The position numbers and the translations under genes were made by a program. 49,583 nt of DNA, taken from the NCBI RefSeq assembly GCF_004010195.1, contig NC_057718.1, positions 18,638,767 to 18,688,349 of the forward strand. The letters run 5' to 3'. Numbering within the stretch: position 1 is the stretch's first letter; each line of letters opens with the position of its first letter. Shown one piece after another: positions 36,699-48,813 of the stretch. The stretch comes from Chiloscyllium plagiosum (taxonomy: Eukaryota). Under the pieces are notes generated by a model that was not told the DNA's origin, made no database searches, and saw nothing but the letters and a program-made list of their open reading frames with translations.

Positions 36699-38794
36699 AT
36701 GTGATCTCCCTGAATAACAAAACAGAGGGCTAAATGGCTGCCAGTTCCCATTATTACTTTCTTCAGAAAGTATTCAATAAGTGGAAAAGCACACTGTATT
36801 TTCTTACTAGTGATAGAGTTGAAGTGAATAAACATGTTTGTTTTAAAGTAAGTACACAATAATGATGGACATCTTCCACAACACTACAAAGAGCATTTTG
36901 ATTGAACTTTTCACATTCCGTGCTGTGACTCTAATAGTAAATTCAAATGAAGGTAGGAACACATTTAGAAAGATGTTTTTACAATGGTCTAGAGCTTTAA
37001 TTGTTTTTTATTAAACTGGATTCCTGAATCAATTATACAGGATGTGGAAAAATATGAATTAGTGTTTACATAAATGGAATTATAGGCTTGAGGATCAAAG
37101 GTATGAATCTCCTGCAAACAGACAACAGAACAAACCAAATTTAAATTGAACAAGTTTGCCATTTCCATTCAGCTGGAAAGAATGCGAGCTAAGGCTTGAT
37201 ACCTGACCACTGTCCTGAGTTCTCTGTATTGGCTTGCTGAGTTGGCACTCAATGATACCATCTAGAATTTGAATTCTCCCACTCCCCTCCACCCCCCAAC
37301 CCTGCCATCCACTATCCTGTGAAAGATATGGTAAACACGTTTTCTCATAAGGCCCTTGCTGGTACCCTGAACAATGTGAGTATCAATTGCACATCCTGGC
37401 ACCTGAAACCAATGCATGTAATAGTTCTGTGGAGTGATTGGCTTCTCCCCGGGGGAGAGAATCAGAATTCCTTGCAATCTATTGTTCAGCAGCTTCAGAC
37501 TATTTCCCATCAAGTCAGAAAGGTGCGTGTGTGCTCTGAGGATTCACCTTGCAATCTGAAGCCAACTTCACAGCAGAAAAATAATTAAAGTAAAATTCTT
37601 TTCACACCAAATAGATTAAAACAAAATCTAAAACATGGCAGATTCATTCCCCTCCTAAATTCCCAGAAGGTTTTGGCACTTGCTTAGATTTTAATCAATC
37701 ATCCAACTATAGTGATAGTTCACCTGTGTCAAGTTTGGCCACAAATATATATTTTTTGAAGCAACTTAAATTAACAGTTTGTGTTTTTTACTTTGAACTT
37801 AACATTCCAACCTAGTATAAAAATGTTCAAAATACTAATTTAAAACATACCATTTGTATCCAATATGTATTTTCAACTACATATAATACTTCTTACTAAA
37901 TTAGTTACTTAACGACAAGTTTTCAAATACAGTTTGCAAAACTCAGGTCGATCTGACGGGTTTAATGATTTTCTTTCCATGTTCCTTTATATAAGATTCA
38001 AAAGCAAACTCAAATATTTTTATGAATCAATTTTCTTTATTGAAAATTTCTGCTATGAAATTCCCCAGGTTGCCATATTGGCTATGATTAAGTCGAATGC
38101 TTGCTCTGATGAGAAATTTACTGATGCATTTTCTAACATTGTTTTGATGTGTACCTATAGCTTCAGAACAAAGTTCTGATGAGCTAGTCCATAGATGACT
38201 GAAAAGCTCAAAAGAAATAAAGCCTACTGATTATCCACCACTTGGTTTCACATGTTAATCATTATCAGTTTCATTTCCATCATCACCAGTCCCTTGCCAG
38301 CAAACCTAAAATTTAACTGGAGTCAAAGAATGCATATTTGTTTGTGTAAAAACTGTGCTCAAATGAATTCATTGCCTTTGTAGTGAGGGGTGGGTACCAC
38401 GGGTTGGTGGGGGGGTGCTTTATTTCTTCCTCCAATTCTATTTGATTTAATCCCCACCCTCCCCTGGCACCTTTTTCACACATGCATTGCCCTTATTGGG
38501 CTTTGCTTGCTATTCTTTCACTGGTCACATGGGTGTTTCCAGGTGGTGGAAATATGGAATAAAGTTATTTGCACAATGGTGTCTTTTTTTACCGAGTTAC
38601 TGCACAAACAACCATGGGGAGAAATTAACAGTACTGCTGTGGAGTGATAATGTGGGGGAGGAATAAAAGAATAAACAGGGGATTCAGAACGTCCTCCCTT
38701 CAGGGACTGACTCCAAACTGGCTGGCCACAGCCAGTGTAATGTGCTAAGTGCTTAGCAACATGTAAATCAGAACTAATCAAAATAAACACCAAA

Positions 38795-39017
38795 AGATCT
38801 GCAGATGTTGTAAATCAGAACCATAAACAGATGTTACTGGAAAAGTTCAGCAGGTCTGGCAGCATCTGTGCAGAGAAATCAGGCATAGATATAGACCAAC
38901 ATTTTCCTAGCCACCATTATATCTGAGGAAGGGTCACCAGACCTGAAACATTAACTCTAATTTTTCATCACAGATGCTGCCAGACCTGCTGAACTTTTCC
39001 AGCAATTTTCTATTTTT
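38795..39017. mobile_element. Fold-back PLE pseudo-LTR remnant
   Basis: ctggaaaagttcagcaggtctggcagcatctgtg (38837-38870) is the exact reverse complement of cacagatgctgccagacctgctgaacttttccag (~38968-39002). Decayed core tctgaggaagggtcaccagacctgaaacatt. Confidence 0.8.
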
Positions 39018-39020
39018 AAA

Positions 39021-39883
39021 GTGTTGGTCAGAATTTTCTATTCAGAAGTGTTGGTCACAGACAGTGGGCCATCATTTATCAGCAGGGAATTTGAGTGTTT
39101 CCGAAAGTTGAATGGTATTCGGCAGATAAGGATAGTCTCATTTCATCCATCATCCAAAGGTCTAGCAGAAAGAATAGTCCAAACTTTGAAGGTAAGCTTA
39201 AAGAAACCGTCTAAAACTTCACTCAAGACCAAATTGCTCCATTTCCTATTTGATTCTTGGACCACCTTAACGCAACTACAGGGTTAGCTCCAACAGAGTT
39301 GCTAATGGGGAAAAGACCGCAGACCAGGTTAAAGTTGATTTTCCTGGCCCTGGGGAGAAGAGGGTGAAGCAGCATCACAAATGCAATGCAGAACACAAGA
39401 CTCCTCTAAACGAGAGAGACAGTTTAGTTCAGGGATCATGTTTGGTGCTGCAACCATGGAAATGGCCCTGCAAGGGTAAGAGGCATTACCCATGCGAGAG
39501 TATTTGCCATGATGTACAAAGTTCAGGTAGATGAGGCAATCCTAAACAAGCACATGGACCTCCTGCAAAGGCAGGAGCACAACATGCTCGGCCCCTCAGA
39601 ACAGCTGTCGGAACCCATGTGTTCTCCCCCTCCATTTAACATCAAAGAAATCTTGGAGTCTGAGATGGACACAGTGGATGTCACTGCCTTGACAAATTTA
39701 TCACCTGAAGAAGAAGATGAATCTCTTCTGAGATGCACTGGATGCAAGAGACAGGCTATGGTCTGGTACATGCTACCTGTGACCGAGGTTGAGTTGGAGG
39801 AACTGGATCCGATCAGAACACGCCTCAGGAGAGGCTACAAGGAAAAGAATAGGCCTACGTCCCTGGGTTTTGAAGGGTTGGGA
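39021..39883 (+). mobile_element. Ty3/Gypsy LTR retrotransposon internal fragment (integrase core and C-terminus)
   Basis: LVTDSGPSFISREF..F...NGI......FHPSSKGLAERIVQTLK (second D and the E of DDE). PTELLMG in a shifted frame. Polypurine-like tract gaagggttggga before the LTR. Confidence 0.92.
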
Positions 39884-40113
39884 TGTAATAATTGTAACAA
39901 GGCCAGCCAGGTGGACCCCATAGAATATGAGTTTCCTGACTGGAGCTGTTAACGTGGTCTAATCAGGGAGCCCTGACTGGACGTATAAACAGGAGTGTCA
40001 GAGGTTCTGTTCAGTCTAAGAGCTGGCTCTAAGGAAGCCAAATCAGTGTCAAGTACTAGGCAGGGTGAAGGGTGAATTGGTGATGAGATACCGGCCTCTC
40101 TGCAGTTATTTCA
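39884..40113 (+). repeat. 3' LTR of the Gypsy element (230 bp)
   Basis: Begins tgtaata right after the PPT and ends ttatttca (TG...CA). Contains tataaa at ~39984. Confidence 0.8.
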
Positions 40114-40584
40114 GCTTTCCTTTTATTCAATCATATTCCCTTCTATAAATGACAATCTGACGATTGCAAATTATGGGCACGAAACTTATTCATTACCTTA
40201 CTGAAGAAGCTAATTTTAAGTTCAGCATAATTTAGTTGAATATTTTCTATCATCCCAGTCAGAATACAATACTTTTGAACACTTCTACTACAGTTTGGCT
40301 ACCCAGCTGTGAGTTTATAAGGCAATGCTCTTCAGGAAATAAAGGGATATGGGGATAGACAGGAATCTGGAATTGGTACAGAAGTTAAGCTATGATCTAA
40401 TGGAAAGATTGAGCAGATTAAAGAGACTGCACTGCTGCTCCCTTTGCTTTTTACTCATGATCTGGCATTTATTTGGTCAATGACCTTTTATATTTTGAAT
40501 CTTACCATCTCAATATGTTAGAATTGAAATTAATTTGAATAATTCATTAATCTTTGACAGGACATTGGCATAGGAATTCCACTA

Positions 40585-40985
40585 TTTTTATTCACACATG
40601 GAATGTGAATGTCACTTGCTGGGCAAACATTTATTGTCCATCCTTAATTGCCCTTCAGAAGATGCCGGTGAACCTTCCTAAACTGCTGTAATCCATTTAG
40701 TGTTCGTGCACCCACAACGCAACTAGGGAAGGATTTCTAGGACTTTGACACAGCGACACAGAAGGAGTGACAATGCATTTCTAAGTCAGAATAGTGAGGG
40801 TTTGGAGGTAGTGATGTTCCCATGTACCTGCTGCCCTTGTTCATCTAAATGGAAGTGGTCATGGATATGGAAGGTGCTGTCTAAGGTTCTTAGGTGAATT
40901 TCGACAGTGCATCTTGTAGATAGTACACACTACTGCTGATGTGTTGGTGGTGGCGATAGTGAGTGTTTGTGAATATGTTGCTATT
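40585..40985 (-). mobile_element. Old CR1-group LINE 3' end
   Basis: catttattgtccatccttaattgcccttcagaag...gtgttcgtgcacccacaacg...aggtgctgtctaagg parallels 42360-42700. Confidence 0.65.
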
Positions 40986-41844
40986 TTCATATGGCCACAT
41001 ATAGTTCACAAAGACAACACAGCTCAAGATTTGGTGAACTAGGATAGATGTTCACTGCAGTCTAGGCTAACCATCCTTTCGCATGGATATTAATGTTTTA
41101 AGAAGGCAAATTGTCTGACCTTTAGCCTGCCCCTTGAGCCTACAAAGAATTATTCTTCGGTCTTTTTACTGATCTTAAAGTTCCTAAAATAATTTTGGAG
41201 GGCAACTTTTTGAGATATAATTTAACACTAAAATGTAAAATTTATTGAAATAGATGTGAATGGGGAGGTAATGACCTTGAAGGTTATCTAACCACATGCA
41301 TGTTTATTCTGAGTTAACTCGTTTCTGTTAAATGTTTTGAGATTTTTTTCAGCAATGTGCAAAAGTGCTGTATGAATGAAATATTGCTATCATAATGATT
41401 AGTTCTATATGGTGGGTAGTTAGGTGCTTTATCACTCTGACATCTTTCAGGATTTCCTGCAACTCTGCTACAAATATAAATGTGGAGCATTAACTGCTTT
41501 TCCTCTGAAAAAGCACCACTTGTTACATTCTATTAAAAGGCTTTCGAGTTAACTGGCTCCATGAATAGGTTGTTCAGCAATAGCAAAGCTAAGCAAGTTG
41601 TTTCTTTTTACCCTACATTCCCCAATCATTAGCAGATAGGTGGACAGGTTTGAAATTGTACTTCTTTCTTCTCTGAGGCTTCCAAATGGGACACTTTAAG
41701 GTCAAACATATCAATCAGTGGCAGAGAAGCAATAAGCAGTTTCCCAGCACGCATGACTGGCAACCCACTGAACTGATACGGAGTCTCGCCAATCCCAGTA
41801 ACAAGAAAACAATTTCTGTCTGAGCTAGTTAGGAAGACATTAGA

Positions 41845-41997
41845 AAATGTTGGAACTGCTCACTTGGTCTGGCAGCATTTCTGGAGAAAAACCAGTGTTA
41901 ACATTTCAGGAATGTTGCAGATGCTGCCTGATTGAATACATCTCCAGCACTTTCTGTTTTTATTTCAGATTTCCAGCATCTGCAGTTACCTTTTGCT
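41845..41997. mobile_element. Old fold-back PLE pseudo-LTR remnant
   Basis: Minus-orientation piece (ggtctggcagcatttctggaga...ttaacatttcagg), then a plus piece (cagatgctgcctga...tttccagcatctgcagt). Confidence 0.65.
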
Positions 41998-42334
41998 TTA
42001 GTATTACTTGGCCGATACTTCGTTGCTCTGTGTTTTTGATGTTGAGGCAGTTTGTAGCTGTCTACGGAAGGTCAAGGCTAGTAAAAGGACTACAAAGATA
42101 TTGATTTGCTACATTTTCACTTCACTGAGTGGGGGACAAGCCGGTGCAGTCCAACCAGTCAGGAACACCACTGTGGTAGAAATTGCTGGTTACAGAAATG
42201 GCAAGTTGCAGATCCTATGGATTACAGAATCCACCTTGTAGCAAACCTGCCTGATATAGAACTGACCTTTTATTGAAATTCCTACTTGTAGGAACTGCCC
42301 AATTATAGAATCCACCTGCTTTATTTTCGACTTC

Positions 42335-44945
42335 CATGGGAAGTTGGTGTTACTGTCAAGGCCACTATTTATTACTCATCACTAATTGCCTTGAGAAGTT
42401 GGAAGAACATCCCATTCTCGAACTGCTGCAATCCATATGGTGTAGGAACACTCAAGATACAGTGAGAAACAGAGTCCTAGGATTTTGACCCAGACATGCT
42501 GAAGGAACAGCAGGCGATGTACATCCAAGTCAGGATGGTATGTGGTTTGGAAGGGGAACTTGCTTGGGGTAGCATTCCCATGTTTGAGTGATGCCTTATT
42601 CTGATGAGTGATGAAATTCATGGATTTGGAAAGTGCTGCTGAAAGAGACTTAAGGAATAGCTGTGATGCATTTTAATTTGTGAATACTGCTGCCACTACG
42701 ATGACCTTGCAGGTTACCTGAACACCTCTAAATTTATTCTGAGGTAGCTTATCTCTGCAAAATGTTTTGTGATTCTTTTCAGTGATGTGCAAGAGTGCTG
42801 CATGAATGAGAGATTGCTGTCATAGAGGAAGTGAATGTTTAGGTTCGTGGATAATATTGCAAATACTGTGTGCTGGACGGTAACAAGTTACTTGACTGTT
42901 TTTGGAGCCTCACTCATCCAGACATCATTCTTCTGGCTTGTGCCCTGTCCATGATGAACAGATTTTGGGGAGTCTGGAGTTCAGTTACTCACCACAGAAT
43001 CCAACCTCTGAGCTGTTCTTCTAACCATAGTACTTATAGAACATATAACAGTACAGCACAGGAATGGGCCCTTCGACCCATGGTCCAGATAGTTTCTGGT
43101 CAATGGTAACCCTCAGTATGTTGACAATGGGAGATTTAGTGCCAGAATTGCCATTGAACATCAAGGGGGGGTTGATTTGATTCTCTTTTATGGAAGATGG
43201 TCATTGCCCAGCACTTGTGTGGCGCAAATGTTACTTGTCACTTATCAACCCAAAACTGGATGTTGTCCATGTTTTGCTGTTTAGAGAGCAAACATATAGA
43301 GAACAATATAGAGACTGTTTAGTATTTGATTTAGTATCTGAGGAGTCAGAAATATGGCTGACTATAATGCAAAAATTAGTTCACATCACTACTTCTGGCC
43401 TTTGATGGACAGAAAGGCATTGATGAAGCAGCTGAACTTGGTTTGGTCTAGGATACTTGCCTGAAGAAGTCTACAGTAATGTAACAAGATTGAGATGATT
43501 GGTATCCAACAGCTATCTTCCTTAGTGTAAAGTATGACTGAAGCGTATGGCCAGTTTTCCCCTGGTTCTCATTGACTTCAATTTGGCCAGAATGCCTTGA
43601 TGTCACACTCAGTCAAGTACTCCTTTGATCTCAAGGGCAATTGCTGTCACCTTTGGCATTCAATACGTTTTCCCATGTTTGGACAAGGTCATAATGAGGT
43701 CAGGAGCTAGATGTCCCTCTTGGAGACCAACTCGATCATTTAGCAAGTAATTGCTTTTCAAGTGCCACCGCAGAGCATTGGGGAAGGTAGTGGGTGTGAC
43801 AGTAATATCACTGAATAAGTAGTCAAAAGGCCCAGGCTAATGATTTGGGGACATGGAAACAAATCTTACCAAGGGAAAAATACCTAGCTAATTCACTAGT
43901 GCCTTGAAGGGGAGGGAATCTATTGTCCTTATTCTGTATATGTGTGACTCCGGGTCCACTATAATGTGATTGACTCTTAACTGTCCTCTGAAGTAGCCTA
44001 GCGACTCGGGCGACTGTCTGTGTGGTGTTTGTACATTCTCCCTGTGTCTGCGTGGGTGTCCTCCGGGTGCTCTAGTTTCCTTCCACATTCCAAAAGATGT
44101 ACAAGTTAGGTGAATTGGCCATACTAAATTGCCCATAGCATTAGGTGCATTTATATGGGGGAAATGGGTCGGTGTAGATTTATTGGGCCGAAGGGCCTGT
44201 TTCCGCACTGTAGGGAATCTAATCTAATCTAATCAAACACAAATTCAAAAGAAGTGTGTAATGTTTAAGTGGAAGTTGCTGAGGCAGTCATTGATTGGGT
44301 TAAATTTGTCCTACTTTTTGTGGACAGGATACACCTGGATAATTTTCCGTATTGTTAGATAGATGCTAGATTTGTAGCTATACAAGAACAGTTAGTCCAA
44401 TGGAGTAATTAATTACGACATACAAGTCTTCAGTTCTATTGGCAGAACGTTGTAACAGCACATAGCATTTGCAGGTTACAGTGGATTCAACTGTTTCTTG
44501 ATTTCATATAAGTGAACCAAATTCACTGAAGATTGGCATCTGTGATGTTGGTGATCTCTGGAGGGGTGTCTATCCATACAAGATGGAAATGCTTCAGCTT
44601 ACCTTTTGCACTGATGTTCTGCACTCCCCAGTTATTGTAGAGACAGATATTTATGAGGTCTTCTCGGTGAGTTGCTTAATTGTCTACCACCATTCACAAC
44701 AGTTTAAATCAGATCCACTGGTGGCAGTATCACTTAGCCCTGACTCTCATAGGCCGTTTCTGCTGTGATGTAGCTTCATTGGGTTTTTATGTTATTTTTA
44801 GGTATGCCTGTTGCTGTTGCTGTTTCGGGCATGACTTCTGGATCAGGATTAATCCCTCAGCTTGATGGTAATGGTAATGTGGGGGATATGTTGGGCAACG
44901 TGGTTACAGATTGTGGTTAAGTACAGTTCTGCTGCTGCTGTCCCA
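42335..44945 (-). mobile_element. Long decayed CR1-group LINE ORF2 with nested SINEs
   Basis: Minus translations AIALEIKGVLD*V*H (~43600-43650, compare ALDIKAAFDRVWH) and LLQASILDQTKFSCFINAF (~43410-43470, compare VPQGSVLGP.IFSCFINDL). Confidence 0.75.
44001..44234 (+). mobile_element. 5'-truncated HE1-like SINE inserted at the end of a second-family SINE (43790-44000)
   Basis: V-domain and 3' end with an (AATCT)n tail; tRNA head absent. Confidence 0.88.
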
Positions 44946-45669
44946 AAGTTACTTACAGTTCTATCACTGAGATCACTTTCAATTGCAGAGTTCATTAACT
45001 GAATTGTACTAATTAATTGCATTTAACTTCTACAATTGCCTTTGGGACAATTTGAATCCATGATCCCAGGGAATTTGCCTGGGTCTCAGGATTACAAGCC
45101 CAGTGACGTTACCTCAATGCCACAGTCTCCCCCACCCTCCTGTTTTAGATTTTGTTACAGAACCTGTCCCTTATAGAAACCACACATTATAAATGTGTCT
45201 CTTATTTCAATTCATCTGTGTACCTCATAGAATTTGTGACTTGTAGACCCACATATGCCAGAATCCTCACATTTTAGAATCGATCCCTTACAGAACAGGC
45301 CTGTTATAGAGCTGACCTAACCATTAAACTTCAGCGGAGGGGTCTGGTTTCCATAAAGGCACCAGTGATCCTTTCTGCCAGATGACTGGCCAGTAATGTG
45401 GGTGAAATCTAACCCAAATTACAATTTAATTCTATCTACTGTATATCTTTGTAGAGCAGGTTCTCACTGTGCAGCTGACCTCCATTTTGGTCAAAGCAGC
45501 AAAACAATACATGTGACAATAAAGATAGCAGCTCTGCAAGAGAAAAATTATAAAAGAAATACAGTTACAAAACACTTTATATATATATATCTATCAGAAT
45601 CCACTCATATATTCTGCATATTTCTTGAGCTACTCCAAAGTGTGACCAAATTGTTGATTTATAGAGAAA

Positions 45670-45930
45670 CTTAGCCATGATTTTATATACAGCAAGATTC
45701 CACAACATCTGATGAGACCAATTCTGTTGTTATTTGTGGTGCTGATTGAGAGACTAACATGGGCCAGAACACTGGGGGAGCTTTTCTGCTCATCTTGTAT
45801 TAATGCCATGGGATTTGGAATGATTTCTCAAGTGAGGCTGACAGCACCTTGGTTGTGCATCTCACCTCAAGATGGCAAACTCCGTCAATTCAGCTCCCCT
45901 CTATATTGCACCAGAAGGCCAATCTAGATC
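45670..45930 (-). mobile_element. Deu-domain SINE remnant (SacSINE1/AmnSINE1-like)
   Basis: gccagaacactggggga...tgccatgggatt...catctcacctcaagatggcaaactcc...cagctcccctctatattgcac resembles the reverse complement of the Deu domain. A plus-strand relative lies at ~46230-46452. Confidence 0.55.
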
Positions 45931-46692
45931 CTGAGATTGAGACTTCAAATCGATTTGAGTTCAAAACCAAGGTTACTGGCAACAAAGCTCAGAAAAGATG
46001 GTAGAGCTGATTATGGTCCACGCTGTCACCAGGAAATATGAGCATGCCCAAAAATGGGAGCTCTGGGGATGGAGAGGTCAAACAAAGCCCCTGAGTTCAT
46101 GGATCAATCAGCTTAGCACCAACCCTTTAAGGACCAAGTTTTAGGTTGAACATAGACTTCTGAAGGAGAACAAATGATAGCTGTACAAGCAGTGGTCTGG
46201 CACTTTGCCTGGACACCGATGACACTTCTACTGTTTCAGATGGATTTAAAATATCCATGGCACCATTTTGAAAAAGTACAAGAGATTTCTCATTCAGCAT
46301 CTTTTTAAACTACTGATTATCTGATCATTGCTCATTGTGGATGTTTGTGGTGTGCAATATGACTGAATTTTCTCAATGACAACAGTGATTAAATTTCAAC
46401 TTTAGAGTGTTTAGAGGCTGTGAAAGGTGCCATATAAAGATGTCTTACTTTCTATAATCACCGTACGTTATCAAAATATCCTTTTATATCTATGCACCAG
46501 GATAGGTCCAGCATTGAAGAAATAACTGAATGGGCAGAATGACAAGTGTTTAAAAATATTCAAAATAATTAGAGATACATTAGCAAATTTTTTTCATATT
46601 CATCTGAATTGAAAGATTATTTTCAATGCTCTGTGTAACTGGTCTACCAACAAATCAGTGCAGAGTGGAGTGTGTTGACTGATTAACTTGCT

Positions 46693-46706
46693 GTTGCCAT
46701 GACAAC
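46693..46706. promoter_or_regulatory. RFX X-box-like motif
   Basis: GTTGCCATGACAAC, one mismatch from the palindrome GTTGCCATGGCAAC. Confidence 0.4.
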
Positions 46707-47004
46707 CACAAGCAGCTCGAATAGTCGATTATTACCTCAAGGGGAAAAACATATGAAACATTTATACCTCATTTAAAGTTGAGATAATTTACCTTGGGGG
46801 AGAAAAACAACTCTTCCCTGAATGCTCACACAAGCCGATGGTCAAGAATATTATATCAAGCTCTGCTGCACCAGATGGTCACTTTAGTGTGAGGAATGCA
46901 CTGGTCTGTACCTAGGCCTATCAACATGTTTTGTCTCACGGAATCCATAACAAAGTCTAAACATTCAAAAGAGCACAAGGATAGAGCTGTTAGATACCTT
47001 GCTC

Positions 47005-47018
47005 GTCACCATGGCAAT
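47005..47018. promoter_or_regulatory. RFX X-box-like motif
   Basis: GTCACCATGGCAAT. Confidence 0.3.
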
Positions 47019-47393
47019 GTAGTCAGTTTATGCCAGAACCATAGACAAGAACCATATTAACAAGTCAGCAACGCAAGAGTAGGAGAAGGCCTCATATCCT
47101 CTTGAACCTGAATCATTATTGAATTAGATATGGATGATAGGCATCTCAACTCCAACTATTCACCTTGGCCCTGTAATCCATCATAGCCGTCTATCAATAA
47201 GTCTTGAATTGGGGATCTAAGATGGCGGTGATCTGAGAAGATCACACTGCAGAGTTTCGCATCGCAGCAGGAGCAGGACGGTCCTTTAACCCGCCCAACC
47301 CAGGTCATCACGATTTCTTGGGGTGTTGGAAAGATTGTGGAGCCCCAAGAAACATTTAAAAATTGACTTACCTGTATTTTCAGCAGTCCAGAA

Positions 47394-48209
47394 ATGCCTA
47401 AAAAGGGAGGAGCAGCATTTGAGGCCGGGCCTGCAGCTCAGCCTGCAGCAGCCTCGGAGCCAATTACTCTCCAGGACCTGGTGAACCAGCTCTCGAAATC
47501 TCGTGAGATGTTGGGGAAACAGATTGAAGATAAGCTGGCTCCAGTCTCTCTCATGCTGTAGAAGCATGAGCAGCACCTGGGAGACCTGGAGAAGCGGATG
47601 GATGAGGTGGAGCACAGGGTCACAGTGGTGGAAGCTGATGCCAGTTCATTCAAGGAAGAGATCCAAGCCCTGAAGACGCGGGTTCGTAATTTGCGTGACC
47701 AAGTGGATGATCTTGAAAATAGGGGCAGGAGAAAAAACATTCGGATCATCGGTCTGCCCGAGGGTAAGGAAGGTGAGCGGCCTGTGGAATTTGTTGAAGA
47801 TTGGCTTCTGAAATTCCTTGACTTGGAGACTGGCATGAGAGGATTGAAGATAGAGAGGGCTCACCGGGTTGCAGCACGGAGGTCGGGTCTGGGTCAACGC
47901 CCTCGTCCTTTCCTGGCACGGTTCCATCATTACCCGGATAAGGAGAGAGTCATGGAGGCTTCCAGACTCCAGGGAAAGGATCCAAAGGCCCTAATTTATG
48001 AGGGGTCTAAGATCATGTTTTTTCAGGACTTTTCAGCGGCGGTGATCCAGAAACGAAAATTGTATGATGGTGTCAAGAGAAGATTGAAGGAGCTTGGGAT
48101 TCAGTACTCCCCGAGATATCTGGCAATGCTTCGGATCACCTTAGATGGATCTATACATCTCTTTGACACATCGGAGAAGGCAAGAGACTTTGTGGACAAA
48201 CTAACCTAA
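47394..48209 (+). pseudogene. L1 ORF1p (coiled coil-RRM-CTD) with one premature stop
   Basis: ATG at 47394 is in frame with ORF 47598-48209. In-frame TAG at 47559-47561. DDLENRGRRKNIRIIGLPEG, IERAHR, RPRP, FFQDFS. Confidence 0.93.
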
Positions 48210-48813
48210 TTTAAACAATTGTAGTATGTATAAATATTGTTGCTTGGGTATGCGTTTATCATTCTGTAAAAGAAATGGAGGAAATCCGTTGGAGCTTTGT
48301 TTTTCCCCTTTTTTTTAACCTATCTTGATAATAATTTGGTTCAAACTATGTCTGGCGGTGGTTAAGATGTACATTTTAAATTTCTAAGTTAGGACATACC
48401 AAAGGATGGGTGGGGTATTTATTCCTTTTTTTTATAAAAGAATGTTTTTTTTATTCATATTGATGTTCTATGGGGTGTTCATTCTTTTTAGCTTGTGCTT
48501 GCGATGCGGCTCTAGCTGGGAGAAGTGAAGGTGGTTGAGATGGTTAGATGCCTATTTATGGGCAGTTCGGGTTGGGTAGTTGCCCCCTCCGGGCAGGGGG
48601 TGAGTTCCCCTACTCAGCGCTATTGGCGCTTTATATGTTGGCTTGTTTTCTGTTTTTTGTTGTTTTTTATTTTTAATAATTTTATATGTTTGTTAAATGT
48701 AGTGATTTTAGTTTATGTAGTTTTTATATTTGGTGGATCATGCGACACTAAGGCTCAGCAATTTGTGGTTCTGGTTCCTCCTCTCTGGAATTTAAATGTA
48801 ATTGCAGAAGATT

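Noticed and set aside
39509..39952. 147-aa ORF as a host gene
   Set aside because: It lies between the Gypsy integrase core and the LTR and runs into the LTR, so it is the element's pol C-terminal region.
42190..42310. CRISPR-like repeat-spacer array
   Set aside because: Vertebrate DNA, an 8-nt degenerate word with ~8-nt spacers and no cas genes. Reported only as a cryptic periodic array.
47286..47930. Antisense ORFs over L1 ORF1 (ORF0-like)
   Set aside because: Shadow frames of the coding strand, with no independent evidence.
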